64,000 nt of DNA from the human T2T-CHM13v2.0 reference genome, Homo sapiens. Shown here piece by piece: positions 40,851-54,706 of the stretch. The position numbers and the translations under genes were made by a program. The DNA is taken from assembly GCF_009914755.1 (NCBI RefSeq), contig NC_060925.1, one strand, 5' to 3'. Numbering within the stretch: the stretch's first letter is position 1; every line of letters starts with the position of its first letter. The notes below the pieces were generated by a model, which had not been told where the DNA came from, did no database searches, and was given only the letters and a program-made list of their open reading frames with translations.

Positions 40851-42761
40851 TTATGCATGTTTAACTTATAAATATTTTCTCATGTTACTAAAAACCTCTG
40901 CCCAAACACACTTTTAGCAGTTGCATAATATTCCTTCAAGTAGCTGAGCTGTGGCTTACTTAACCATTAGCCTCATTTTGGGCAATCAGACCTGTCTCCA
41001 TATTGTTACATTATACACAGTGCTGTAAGGAATATCCCCTGTGCATAGAGTGGTTTCTATGTATCAAGTTAACCAGCTCGGAGGAACTCTGGGGTGCGCA
41101 ATTGAGAGGGATGATGCACACCTCTGTGTACATTTCCTAAAAGAAGACATTGCTTTTGTGCCCTGCACAGATTACAAGGCAGAACCAAGACTATGACTTC
41201 TGAGTGCTTTCCAGCTTGAAGAACCACACAGGCCAAAATTCCCCATGATTGGCAGCTTCAGAATCTCAGGACGGTATTAGGGCCCAGGTATTTGTATCTG
41301 AAGCTCTCCAGGGAAGGAAACACTGTGTCACATCCCACACACAGAAATACCCCCTCACAGGTGCACAGCCTACAAAGGAATCTGTGGACCAGAGCGCCTC
41401 ATTGCAAACAGCTGAAGCTAATTGTAGCTGGCATAAGCAGCAAAGGCAAGATGATCCTTCAGCTCACAGCACCGAGGGGAGAACCCAGCTCCAAAGCAGG
41501 TAGAAACTCGGGAAGTCAGGAGGGGTCTGGGTAGGATACCACCTCCAGCTGCTGGCTCCACAGCCACTGGGAGGAATTCTAATACGCCCCCTACTCTGCG
41601 TGTCACTCAGCCAAGAGCCACTGCACAGGGTAAGAGCAGCTGATTGGCTGAGCATCACCACATGTCCATGCATACGAGTACCTGACCCCATTCCATTTCT
41701 GTATGAGAGGCAGAGCTTTCACTCCTACCTACTCCCCACATAAGAAGAGTATTTGGATACTAGGCAATCCCGGGAGACAAATATCTGCTGTGCACCTGTT
41801 TGGCCTCTATTACTTCATTCAACTTTCACAAGAACCCTAGGATGGTAGCAGAGCAGCAGTTATTCCCCGTCTTACCCATGAGGAAGTTGAGGCTCAGTGA
41901 GAGTAACTGACTGCCCAAACCAATGTCGGGGAAAAGAGGTAGACATGAGCCCTTTCTGCCTCTCAGAAGAACTGTTCATGGTCTAATCCTGTGAATTCTT
42001 GACAACAAATGTCTCTCATTTAAGCAATGAGTTATTGGAAGAGGATCAGCTATCACAATCGTTGGATACTGTACTTCATAAACTTACTGATCTGCGCATC
42101 ATTTGTCTTATTTTTGTTGCTGTTAATACTTTTCGCCCCCAGAGAAAAGACTCTGAGCGGTGAGCTCATCTGTTCTGCCATTCAATGTATTAAATTAACA
42201 CCTCAATGCGTGGACTAAAACTTAGAGGTGAAAAATCTAGTCCTTGCAGCCAAGACCGAATATCATTTATCTTAACCTTGCATATTAGGAGACTGTCTGA
42301 AAGGGCAACTTTGAAGTTCATGGAAACAAAGGTGTATGTTGCATCGTCTGGAGGACTAAATTTCAAAGAAAAAAGTTGGACCTGGTGAAATTTCACAATT
42401 TTGCTAAATCTCAGAGGCACCTTGCCTCTTTCTGCTTTGTCTTTTTCTGAGCTTTGGAAGCCGAATGGGAAGAGTCTAGGGTGGGGAGATCCAGGGGACC
42501 GCTCTGGAAGAGGTGACATTTGAGACAGATGGGCCTTGAGATGGAAAGTCACATGAGGCTATATGGAGAAAAAAGCATGTAGTAAGGTTGGTGCCCACAG
42601 GAGACAGAGGGAGCCCGTAGGAGGCAAGACGGGGTGAGGGGGACATTCCTGACTTGGCCTCTGGACAAAAGGATATTTTGACATGGACTAAAACCCAAGC
42701 CATTAATATGTCATCATTTTTATTATCAGCACAGTGGGTGGTGGGCATCCCTGCCCAATTC

Positions 42762-43016
42762 TTTTTTTTTTTTTTCATCAACTTTTATTTTAAGTTGTGA
42801 AGTATATGTGCAGGTTTGCTATATGGGTAAACATGTGCCATTGTGATTTGCCACACAGATAAACCCATCACCTAGGTATTAAGCCCAACATCCATTAGCT
42901 ATTCTTCCTGATGCTCTCCGTCCCCCTCCCCGCTGACAGGCCCTAGCATGTGTTGTTCCCCCACATGTGTCCATGTGTTCTCATCCTTCAGCTCCCATTT
43001 ATAAGTGGGAGAACAT
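42762..43016 (-). mobile_element. 5'-truncated primate L1 (L1PA-type 3' end)
   Basis: Poly-T, then ACTTTTATTTTAAGTT...CCCATCACCTAGGTATTAAGCCC...CTCCCATTTATAAGTG; TSD CCTGCCCA(A/G)TTC (42750-61, 43017-28). Confidence 0.9.
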
Positions 43017-43026
43017 CCTGCCCAGT

Positions 43027-43095
43027 TCCCTTGAGTTTAGTGAGTTTAGTGAAACTGAGTGGTCATCCCTTGAGTTTAGTGAAACTGAGTGGTCA
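43027..43095. repeat. Nested tandem duplication (30-bp unit x2, with an extra 9-bp repeat in copy 1)
   Basis: TCCCTTGAGTTTAG[TGAGTTTAG]TGAAACTGAGTGGTCA followed by TCCCTTGAGTTTAGTGAAACTGAGTGGTCA. Confidence 0.9.
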
Positions 43096-44985
43096 GAAAT
43101 AAAGTGTGGATCCTAGATGTCTGTGGTTCGCATTATTTTATAACAAAATAACTGTATATAATTATATATTCTTACTCATATGTATATCTGTGTAGAAAAA
43201 AATCTAGGCTATAACCTACAGTATTGTCATCTCTAGGAGTAATAGGATAATAAAGGACATTCCACAAAATGTATAATTTTTGTAAGGTTTGAATTTTTTT
43301 CAATAAGCAAATATTTATTTTGTCTTCAGGAAAAACGAAGATAAATGACATCTTTAAATGATGGTTTTCTAATCCATATCACACTGATATGGCCACATTA
43401 AAACATCTCTTGCCACAAAAATGGCCACATCAACATGGCAGCATTCAAAAATCCTGCTTAGGGCCCCCAAAGGAGCTGAGTAACAAACATTCTGCCTCTT
43501 CCCACCCTCCCTCCAAGCTGTAGCCACTGGCCCATCCCACTGACCCATCCCAAACTCACTGGGACCCCAAGAACATGCCTTTTGGCAAATATTTAGAGTT
43601 GGAAGTTTTAAAACCCCAATGGATTAAATGGATCAGTGGATAAAGAAAAGAACATTTCCCAAGCTGTCATCAGGGGAGAAAGCCCATCCTCTGTGGCCAC
43701 TTCACCATTTTCCAGGGACTCTGTAGAGAAATGTGTATAATATATAAATAATAGAATGCTGAGGTTGGGGGAAGCATCGGGGAGTTTCTAATGACCTGAC
43801 CAGAAGATGAATGAGGGAAGAAATAAGGTGAATGTGAAGTGATCTAATTCTGGATGGTTATTAGAATTATGAGCAAACTGCCCGGGGCTTTTAAGTCAAG
43901 TCATATTGCTAGAGTTACTGTTTGGAGACGCACAACAGGAGAGGAGAAGCTTTGCATGCTCAGGCATCTCGGCTGAAATGTCAAGAATGTTGTCCAGTTT
44001 AGAAACTGACTTAATAACATTAGCATCTCCTGCCTGAGCCCGGCAGAGACCTTCGTGGTGCAAAATGTCAACACACCATTTCTCACACCTGGCCAAGGCA
44101 TCTTTGTCCCCAAATCTCACAAGAGGTCTTTGCTGGCCAAAGGAGATGGCGAACCTCCTAAACATGTGTCAAGCCCCAGGTCTCCCCTCCAGGCCCCCCG
44201 TGAGGGGGTCCAGGGAAAAGGCCAGCTGTCTGAGCAAGTCAGGGGCCTGCCCTACCCTCCTCTGGCAGAGACAAAGAGGCCTGGGGATGTAGGGCGACTA
44301 CCCGATCTACCTGTCAGCACAAGACCAACCTCCAGAGCCCAAGCTGTGGGCAAGAAGCTAAGACACAAAGGCCACAAAGAGGACCCCAGAGCCAGCAAGG
44401 ACAGAACCACAGGTGCCAGGGACAAATGGGTAAACACATGTGGTGCCTCCTGTCCTAAGCACTGAATACAGCTATGAATAAAACCCCTCTGTCCCTGCCC
44501 TCCCAGACCTCACAGAATGCCAGGGGGGAGACTGACTCGATGCAAATCACCGCTAACAAACATATGTGATAACAGCTCCGAGGGAAAGAGAGGATGTTCT
44601 GAGAAGTCACAGCCAGCAGGCCCCATTCAGATTAGGAGTCTGCAAGACTCTGGGAAGTGACATTAGGCCAGAGCCTGCGGAATGGGGAAGAATCGAGTGT
44701 TGCAAGCCTAAGGAATGGCATGCGTCTAGGCCCTGGGCTGGAAAAGCCCTGCAGACAATCAGGGAGTGGAAAGGAAAGCAGCATGATTGCAGAGCTGTGA
44801 GCAAGGGCAAGAGCCACGCAGGCGGGGCCAGGGAGGCTGCACAGACAGCAGGCGGCAAGGGCCTGTGCTTTGGAGCGACCAGACTTGGTTTCAAATCCTG
44901 GCTCCACCACTTACTGTCTGATCTTCGGTGAGTGACTTGACCTCTCAGAGCCTATCTCTTCAAACACACAAAAGAAGAAATAGTA

Positions 44986-45284
44986 GGCCGGGCGCAGAGG
45001 CCCATGCCTGTAATCCCAGCACTTTGGGAGGCGGAGGCGGGTGGATCACCTGAGGTCATGAGTTCAAGACCAGCCTGGCCAACATGGTGAAACCCTGTCT
45101 CTACTAAAAATACAAAAATTAGCCGGGCATGGTGGCAGGCACCTGTATCCTCAGCTACTCAGGAGGCCGAGGCAGGAGAATTGCTGGAACCCTGGAGGCA
45201 GAGAATGCAGTGAGCCAAGATCCCACCACTGCACTCCAGCCTGGGCTACAGAATGAGACTCTGTCTCAAAAAAAAAAAAAAAAA
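44986..45284 (+). mobile_element. Alu (AluS-like) inserted in a MIR
   Basis: Full Alu; imperfect TSD AAAAGAAGAAATAGTA / AAAAGAAGGGATAGTA; MIR sequence on both sides. Confidence 0.93.
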
Positions 45285-47048
45285 GAAGGGATAGTAATCC
45301 TCTCCTTCTGTTACAGAGTCAATGCCAGGGTTAAGTGGTATCACACACACACACACAAAGTACTTTCTTGGCATAATAAAGGCTCATAGTAAATGTTAAA
45401 TGGTTGAAAGTTAGTGTTGTTGAGAGCACCTGGTGGTCTGGGAGGGGCCACAATGATGTGGCTTGACCATTCTTCCCCCGGTGCCCCTGCCCTGGTGTAA
45501 CTTTTCATTGCTAACTCTGACAGCCCTCACACAAGCCCTGTCTTTGATGGAAACTGTCACTTTAAGTTCTTCTGCAGCTGTCAGGGTCCCGTTCATTTCC
45601 TCTCCCTCTGCCTCACAGATGGGCCCACTGGGGCTCCCACTTCCACATCATCCCCATCTTGCTCCCAGGCACTGTGGCAGTCCTGGCTGGGATGGGTGTT
45701 TCAGGGCAGCCCCAACCCCTCTAGGAGCTGGAATGAAGCTGAAGCCCCCAGCCCTGGTCTCAGCTATCATCACTGGGCTCCACTGCCACTAAGAGTTCCA
45801 GGAGCAGGCCCCGGGACCCATGGAGCCCAGCCAGGCTGGCCCGGCTCTCAGGCCTCACAAACCTGACTCTTCCCTGACCGGGGACTCTAGAGTTTCCTGC
45901 CCCTGGCACTGTGATTACATCCTGTGGGCCTGGGCCTGTCCCCGGCTTAAATCATTCCTGCTTGCCTCCTGCCTAGGAGAGGCAGTCTTGCCCATGGGCC
46001 TCAGCACAGTCACATTTAGATAGAACTTCCAAGACCAACAGTCACCTATGGGAGTCCCAAGGGCCCCCATCACCTGCCTGCCTGCCAGCCAATCCACTGG
46101 GCCCTTTCAGGACCACAAGGGCCAGTGTCCTGTCAAACGTGCCACACTTTGGACCCAGGGCTTTGGGTCCACCCTAGGTACTCAGCCTGGCCCTAGTTGC
46201 CTCATCACTAGCTATGCCTTTGCCCACGTGCAATCCCCACAAGTCATCCTTGAGCCCAGTTGAGTTAGAAGAACACAATGGATTTCTCCACTGCCATCCT
46301 CCCATTCTCCCAGCTCTCTACGCAAATCTAAGTCTCACCCTCCAAAGTACATCACTGTTAAAACATAATCCCAAAATGTAGAATAGACTCCTGGGAAAAA
46401 GCCTTTAAAATGATAGGCATTTTTTGGTAGCTAAATTTGTGGAGCATTTGCTATTCATCAGCTACAGCTTAAATGGTTTACACGCATCATTTCAGTGAAT
46501 TTTTTTTTAAATCTCTGAAGTAGACATCACTGTTATCCTCTATTATTCTCATTTTATGGATGAGGAATCTGCAACTCAGAGATGTCAAGTAACTTTCTCA
46601 AGATCACACAGCTAATAAGTGGGAAGATGAGATTCAGTAATCCCAGAGCTGTCTGACTTCAAATGAGCATGCTTGACCACTACACCACACTGCCCTCCCA
46701 TCATCAGAGACACCAGACATCACCCCAGAGATGATGCCATTTGACCCATTTTTGTATAGCTGAGAAAACTGAGGCTCAGAGAGAGAACTGGGCTTGTTGA
46801 GGTCACACAGTGAACTAGAGGCAATGCCTAGGGGTTTCCAGGCTCACTAGCTTAGGGCTTCATCTTCCCCATCAATTACTACAACGCTTGCAAGGTAAGG
46901 AAAGAATATGCGGCCAACGACAGCGACCCCCAGTCTCTGGAGGATTATCCTGAGACTTTGGACAGAGTAACTGTTGTCCAACGCTATGCTGAGTTAAGAA
47001 AAGTGTTCAACTCTGGCTGCTCGGTAATACCCTGGGACGAGAGGGACA

Positions 47049-47453
47049 TGACACAGTTTCTGCTTCCCGTCCATATCTCATGTTGAAATGGAATCCCCAA
47101 GGTTGGAGGTGGAGCCTGGTGGGAGGTTTGGATCACAGGGCTAGATCCCTCATGAAGGGCTTGGTGCCCTCCCCATGGTAATAAGTGAGTTCTCTCTCTC
47201 TGTTAGCTGGTTGCTTAAAAAGCCCGGAGCCTCCCCTGTCTCTTTCTTGTGCCTGCTCTTGCCATGTGACCTGCCTGCTCCCCTTCACCTTCCATCATGA
47301 CTGGAAGTTCCTTGAGGCTTACAATCATCGGAAGCAGATGCCACTGTGCTTTCTGTACAGCCTGCAGAACCATAAGCCAATTAAACCTCTCTTCTTTATA
47401 AATTACCCAGTCTCAGGTATTTCACTCTAGCAGCACAAGAATAGACTAACACA
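47049..47453 (+). mobile_element. MST (MSTB-like) MaLR solo LTR
   Basis: TG...CA termini; ATTAAACCTCTCTTCTTTATAAATTACCCAGTCTCAGGTATTTC; perfect TSD GGACA (47044-48, 47454-58). Confidence 0.9.
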
Positions 47454-47660
47454 GGACATTACTTCAGGAACGCTCCTGCACTGAAAGTCCAGCGGTGACC
47501 CACGAGAGGGTCACAAAGGCTGCAGTGGACTCCGAAAAGCTGCCGCGTGTCCTGTCGTGGGGCCCGGCTGGATCTGGAAGCCTGCCACTCTTGCTCTCCA
47601 GCTTTCCGAACCCAGGTCTTTCCTCTCTCACTCCATTTTTGAAGCCCAGGATTTGAAGTC

Positions 47661-48024
47661 CACTATGGCCTGAACATGTTCTCCGGAGGTGGGGCCTTTA
47701 GAATGTGCTGACTTTCGAGGTCATGAGGGCAGAGGTGAATGGAAATAATGCTCTTCCAAAAGGGCTGGAGGGAACTAGGCCCTTCCACCCTTCCATCTTC
47801 CACCCTCAGGCCATGTGTGGACATAGTGTCTCTCCACTCCAGAGGATTCAGTAACAAGGCGCCATCTTGGAAGCAGAAAGAGCCAGCCCTCCCCCGGACA
47901 CCAAATCTACCAGCACCTTTATCTTGGACTTCCCAGCCTCCTGAACTGTGAGGAATAAATTCCTGTGGTTTGTAAATTATCTGTCTGTGGTATTTTGTTA
48001 TAGCAGCCCAAACTGACTAAGACA
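47661..48024 (+). mobile_element. MaLR solo LTR (MLT1A-like, internally deleted)
   Basis: GGAGGTGGGGCCTTT...GGACTTCCCAGCCTCCTGAACTGTGAGGAATAAATT...GACTAAGACA. Confidence 0.8.
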
Positions 48025-48292
48025 GAGCCCAGAGGCCTATATTTGGGTCCATACAAGTGATGGCAATAAATGGCTCCTTCCCCCAGAGCCCCCTTTTCAA
48101 GAAATGGCCACACTCATAGCCCAGAAGGGCCATGTGTCCTGCACCACATCCATAGCTGACTGGCCACTGTTGGACACCTGACCCCAGCTGGGCCAATGAG
48201 ATTATCTTCTCCTGTGATCTTGACATGAGCCTGTGGTGGTTCACCCTGGGGCATGGAGCTATGAGGTCAGGACACTCAAATGGTGGGGCTGA

Positions 48293-48788
<496 letters not shown>

Positions 48789-51700
48789 TGACCACTGTGG
48801 ACATGCCTTCAATTCCAGGGTCGCTGCCTCTCACTTCCAAACCGTGCAACCATTAAAGCAAACATTCCTCCCACACCTCTAGTCACAAGCAGATAGGGTG
48901 AGTCACTTAGGTCATGATCCTCCCCACTGCATACACACACTTTCTTACCTGGCCAGACAGACAGCCTTCCTGGGACTTGGCAGTAAGGTCTTCTCGAGGT
49001 ATCTGAGCCATTCTAGCCTGCTGGCTCACATTGGCCCAAGGAACAGCAGTTGTAATAGGCATTTTCAGCTTCTTAGAACCTTTTCTTTTCCAAAGCAAAT
49101 CCATCCCCACTGGTGGGGACTGTCGATCATATGGCCCTACCTCCCCAGCCCAAGTTGGCCAATCAAAATACCCCAATGGTACTGGACTCAGAGTGATTGG
49201 CCAAGGCATGGGCACATGACCCAAGCTGGCAGACTGTCCCAATGGCTCCAGACACAACCACGTGTTGATCCAGAACTGATATCTCCAAGGTGCAGATGAA
49301 AACAGTAAGTTGAGGAAGAAAGTTTCTCTGTCTGACATTAGCTTTGCCCAGAGTGTCTCTGAGTGCAAATCTAACATAGTCATTTTCCTAGTGCTGATGA
49401 CATTCACTGGGGCCATGAATTAGTCAGGACAGGCTACACTAGGCTGCAGGAAAAACTAAACCATGAAATCTCAGAGGCTTAACACAATAAAGGTTTACTT
49501 CTTAGAAAAAGTCAGATGTGAGTCAGGCTGGCCCCCTCTGTCTTGAATATTTGGCTCCTCTCAAAGTCTATTGGCCTGAACTAGTAATGTTACCCCAACC
49601 CAACCACAAGAGATACTGGGAAACATAAGAGTGTGTGTAGATACTGGGTGAGTATCAACTGCCATAAGTCGAATGATATTTTTTTTAAATCTCTAAATAT
49701 TATTTGAGCCAGAGTTCTTACTTTCTCTGAGTTTTCTCTAGGGCCCCAAAGAGCCATGGCTTTTGGAGGGAAGCCCAGAACCCAGGAGAATAAGAACCAT
49801 TTTCTTCATCCCGCCCTAAAGCTGTCCTGCCTGACAGAGCCCTCCAGACAAACCCCAGCTGGGCACCAAAGTTGTCCCACACTGAAACACCCCAGGATAG
49901 ACAACCAGACCTCGGGCCTCCTCCTGCCCCCTGTCTGGGAGCCCTGGGGATTGGGCTGCAGAATTACACCAAACCATCTAGGCTGAAAACTCTGAAAAAT
50001 GCTTCCTGAGCAATTAGGCCAACGCAAACAAAGTGGCCCAGAAAATCAAGGCTCCCACAAGCGCAGGGACTTGATCTTGAAGGAAAACAACATTTCCAGC
50101 CTTGTACCTCTTAATCAATGCAATTATGCAAGAGGCCTTTGCCGATAGTCCCCCTGCTAGTCTCTACCCAACCCCAGATATTGCTCAGTTGGTAAGAGCC
50201 TAATTAGAGGAAGGAGAGCAGGGAGGGTGGGGGCATCGTGTGGCTCCTTTTCAGGAGGCTGCCGTGCACCTTCAAAGGAGCCATTCCCCGCAAGTGGAGG
50301 GCTCTCCAGAGCCCGGAGCTCAAGGTGAGGGAAAAATGGCAGCTCCAAGCTTGTAAATCAGCACCACCTAATGTAAACAATGTACTCTTCCTGCTTCTAA
50401 TGAGCCCATTTTCCCCCAGCTGGAAGGGGCTGGCCGTGGCAGAGAGGCCTTTGATGTGATTCACTGGAAGCTTGATGCTGGCGCGGAGGCATTCTGTAGC
50501 AGGCTGAGCCCTTTCATCTCAGCAAAGAGCGACAACTCCCTAATATCACCGGCTCACCTGGAAGACAGGTCTTTTACAACAATGATTCTGGACTCAGCTG
50601 TCGAAGAAAAACGGATGGTTTTGCTTTTACTCATCTTGATCAAATTAGCCCGGAAGCTGTCTGGCTTCTCGGAGGTGGAGAGGGGTGGGTGCGGGTGGGG
50701 CAGGTGCAGAGAGGCTGGGGAGACCACAATGGAATAGATTATGCGAACGTATTCATTTGTATAAACACAAACTTTCTTGAGGAAATCATCTGACTAAATT
50801 AGGAAAAATTGTTTATGATCCATGGGCAGAGTTAGACCAAACACCCCCAAAATAATCTGCGCTGTTTTCCCCAGTCATTGACAAGAATGCAGTTTTCTCT
50901 TAGGTGAAGACTTCAGGATGGGAGGGGCAGAAGGTGGGAGCAGACGAGACCCCTCCCCAAGATGACCCAGAAAACATAGCAGCCACCACAAGGACTGAGG
51001 TGGAGGTGCCATGGAACAGCCTGAGGCTTCCTGGCTTTCCCAGCCTCTGCGGAAGAAAGCAGCCTTCCATTTCTGCTTCCACCTCCCCTCTGCTTGAGCC
51101 GCAGTTATCAGTGCCACGATTCAGATGGGAGAACTGAAGCCAGACAGGGAAAGGCTTTACTCTACATCACATGATGGTGTGGGGGCAGATCTGAGACTGG
51201 AACCCAGGACTCCAACTCCTGGTCGATGGACTCCCACTAACCAGCTCCATATCCCCTAGGTGCTATGGGTTGGAGTCTATCCTTTGACCATCACAGGCTC
51301 CCAGAACACAATTTGTTTACAATATAGTTATTAAAGGAAGGGGTGTCATTCTAGTCCCCCCAGTACAGACACACACATATTGGGCTACAGCATCCACCAT
51401 TGTAACAGCAAAAATTATCATAGCCCCTGCTGGGTACCAAGCACTGGGCCAGTCCATTGCAGGCACTACCTCATGCCATTCTCATGGTACGCCTATGTCA
51501 TGGAAGTGTTATGACTCCCACTTTCCAGATGAGGGAAATAAGGCTCAAGGTGGCTGAGCTGTCTCTGCACACAGTCAGCAGAACACTTACAAAGAAACAC
51601 ACTCTGGAATTACCAATTGGCACCATGTCCACTTAGTTCAACCTTAATGGTAAATATGGCCTCTGAGAAGTCACATTAACCCTTCACTCTACAGGAAGAC

Positions 51701-53589
51701 CTGGGGGACCCTAGTGCAGTGAATGGGTGCCAGAATCCAATGAGGGTTTCTAGGCCCAACAATTCAGCCGGACCTGCAATCTGCAGGCCAAGGAGAGAAT
51801 GTTTCAAAAGTGATCTCTAATTCCAGTTCCACAGTTAGCAGACCAGTCTCACCATAATCCACCTGAACTCAGGTGGCATTTCAGCTGCCCCAATCCTAGG
51901 CCACATGCCTATCATTTCTCACCGGAACCACTGCAACAGCCATCTAGCTTCTCTCCCTTCCTCCTATCACCACTCGCTTCATCTATTCTCCATGAGGCAA
52001 CCAGAATAAGTTGTGTTGAATGAATACATATCTGCTCATCTGCCTGCTTAAAACCCTTTAACGTTCCTCATCATTTAAAAATATAATTGAACTCCTTCAT
52101 ATGACCCAACGTCCTCCATGATTGAGTCTCCCGCCTCTCTCATGCTGCCATATTGGATTTCTTCCAGTTGGTCTAAGCATGTCCCACTCTTTCATCTCTG
52201 GAACTTTGCACATGCTGTTCCTTCTTCCCAGAACACCCTTCCCAACTCGAATAACTTAGGTAATCCTTTAGGACTCAGCTTAAACATCACTACCCCTAAG
52301 AGATCTTTCCTTACCATCACCCACCCTCCCTGGGTCCCAGATGAGCTCCCTGTTTTACCTCATCATGGCACAGCACCTACATTTCCCTCGTGGAACCCGT
52401 ATTACCCTTGTTGTTGACCTTTATATATGGATCTGTAGATCTATCCATCATCCTTGCTAGACTGTAAACCCCAAGAGGCCGGAGCCCATGTCTGTCTTGT
52501 TCTTCCCTGTATTGTATTCCTAACTCCAAAGAATCAGGAATATTTTATTTTAAAGAAGCCTAAAAGACTTAGGAATTAAGAATATTTTATTTTAAAACAA
52601 GCCTAATTAAGACACTTATGAATGTCTCATTCACAAGAGAGGTCAGTAAATACTTGACGAAGAAAGAAGGAAAAGAAGGAGAGGAGGAGTGAAGGGGGAG
52701 GTCTTTGTCCTGTAAGAGCTGTCACCCCTTTCCCTACTGAGCCAATGTGAAAACTGCCTTCAGTAACCCTAAGGAGGAATGGCATTTACAGAGCAGTCCA
52801 CATGCCAGGCACTTTCCAGCAACTCATTCAATCCTCACAACTACGTTGTCAGGTAGAGCCCACCTTTAGCCCCATTTGAGGAATCTGAGAGTCAGAGGGC
52901 TGAAGTAATATGTCCATCTTCACACAGCTAGTAAGTGACAATGACGGGATTTGCATTCCGGTCTGAGTTCAGAGGCTGGACTTTTAACCAATACAGTACA
53001 GTGCTTCCTGGGAAGATCTAAAATGGTCATATATTGGCCGTAAGGATCTTCCATGTGCAAGATCGAGTTTGCTGTGAAATAAAATAAGCATGAAGTTGCA
53101 TCTCCAAAGAGAATTATATGGAGGAGGAAAAGTTTAATCTTGAAACCTTTAAAATATATTTTCATAAAGCCCCAATCAGTCACTCTTAAAGAAGCTGAGC
53201 CTCACATATCACCTGATATCTGAGCCACTGAAGGAAAGTAAAATCTTCCCTTGACAAGTGTGTAAACTGGGAAGATAAGGAAGGTAAGAGACAAGTGTGA
53301 CTTTCAAGACTGCCAAGAAGAGTAAGGGGAGAATGAAAATTTCACTCTAAAATGTTTGGGCCTGAGAGAGGGAAGTGCTTCCTCTCTCCACACCCAGGAG
53401 GCACGCACGAAGGAGTGGCAGCTCGGTCCCCTTGGCCAGGCCAAACCAGGGATCCCTGAACACAGAAGGAAAGTGTAGAAGTAAGTAATGGGCTCTAACT
53501 GTGGGGATATTTTCTGTTCTTTCTCAAAGATGCAAGCTCTCTTAGGGTACATAACAAGTCTGGGCATTCTCTATGGGTTAATTACCTGA

Positions 53590-54070
53590 TGTCATTTCCC
53601 TTCTCCTTGACTTACAGATTCCCGATTTTGTTCCAGTATCAGCAGGTCACAAGCTCATACAACTGTATTTTGATTGGTCTAAGCCAATTGAGGTCATTCT
53701 ACCCCTCTGGCCAATGATTGTTTAGGAATGGGCATAGGATGTGATTCTAGCCAATGAGCCAAGGGGGAGTCTGCCAGGAAACTTTTGGAATCTTTTAAGA
53801 TCTTTGATCTTTGATCTTAAAGAGAGCTGTCTGGAGCTGCTGCAGCCATCTTGTGACCATGAGGGAAACAGTTGACATACAGAGGATGTTAGAGAGGAAA
53901 AGTGGAAACAACCTGAGTCCCTGATGAGCTCACTGGATCGTGAAAATAACTGACCCTGGAATTGTCCTAACTCCAGGTTTCTTATTATGTGAGCATTAAA
54001 TTGTCATTTTGTCTAAACTTCTTTGAGTTGGGTCTTCTGTTTCTCATACCCAAAAGCACCCTAATTGATA
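53590..54070 (+). mobile_element. Old MaLR LTR (MLT1J/K-like)
   Basis: GATTGGTCTAAGCCAAT...GGAGCTGCTGCAGCCATCTTGTGACCATGAGG...GAGTTGGGTCTTCTGTT; boundaries approximate. Confidence 0.65.
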
Positions 54071-54417
54071 TGTACTGTGGAAAAAGCACTGATCTTGGAG
54101 TTCAAACAGATACAAGTTTAAATTCCAGTTCTGCAGTGTGATCTTAGGCAAGAAGCATCACCTCTCTGGGCCTTGCCTTTTTCATCTTTTGCTATCTGGA
54201 AGTGGAACTAAACTCATTTACATGACAAATATTTTTGGATAAGAATAATTTGAAAGCAATAAAGATGAATGGCATGATTCCTTCCCTGGGGTGGGAGCTC
54301 AGTTTGGTGAGAGAATTCTGATGCTTGCACAGATAATTATATTTCCTTTAGAATATGATGGCATTGATTATTATTTAATAGCTACATTATTATTTTTTGT
54401 ACTACTGAATAAAAAAT

Positions 54418-54706
54418 GCGCCGGGTAAAGTGGCTCATGCCTGTAACCTCAACACTTTGGGAGGCCAAGGCAGGTAAATCGCTTGAGTCCAGGAGTTCAA
54501 GACCAGGCTGGGCAACATGGTAAAACCCTGTCTCCACAGGCATGCGCCTGTGGTCCTAGCTACTCAGGAGGCTGAGGCAGGAGGATCACCTGAGCCTGGG
54601 AGTTCCAGCTTCACTGGGAGCCTGCAGTGAGCCATGATCATGCCACTGTACTCTAGCCCAGGCAACAGAGTGAGACCCTGCCTCAAAAAAAAAAAAAAAA
54701 AAAAAA
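54418..54706 (+). mobile_element. Old Alu (AluJ-like) lacking the central A-rich linker
   Basis: Left arm joins right arm at CCCTGTCTCCACAGGCATGCGCCTG; right arm has AluJ-type GAGGATCACCTGAGCC; A-tail. Confidence 0.88.

Noticed and set aside
43027-43095. CRISPR-like direct repeats
   Set aside because: Only two adjacent copies, no spacers, no cas genes, and a primate genomic context.
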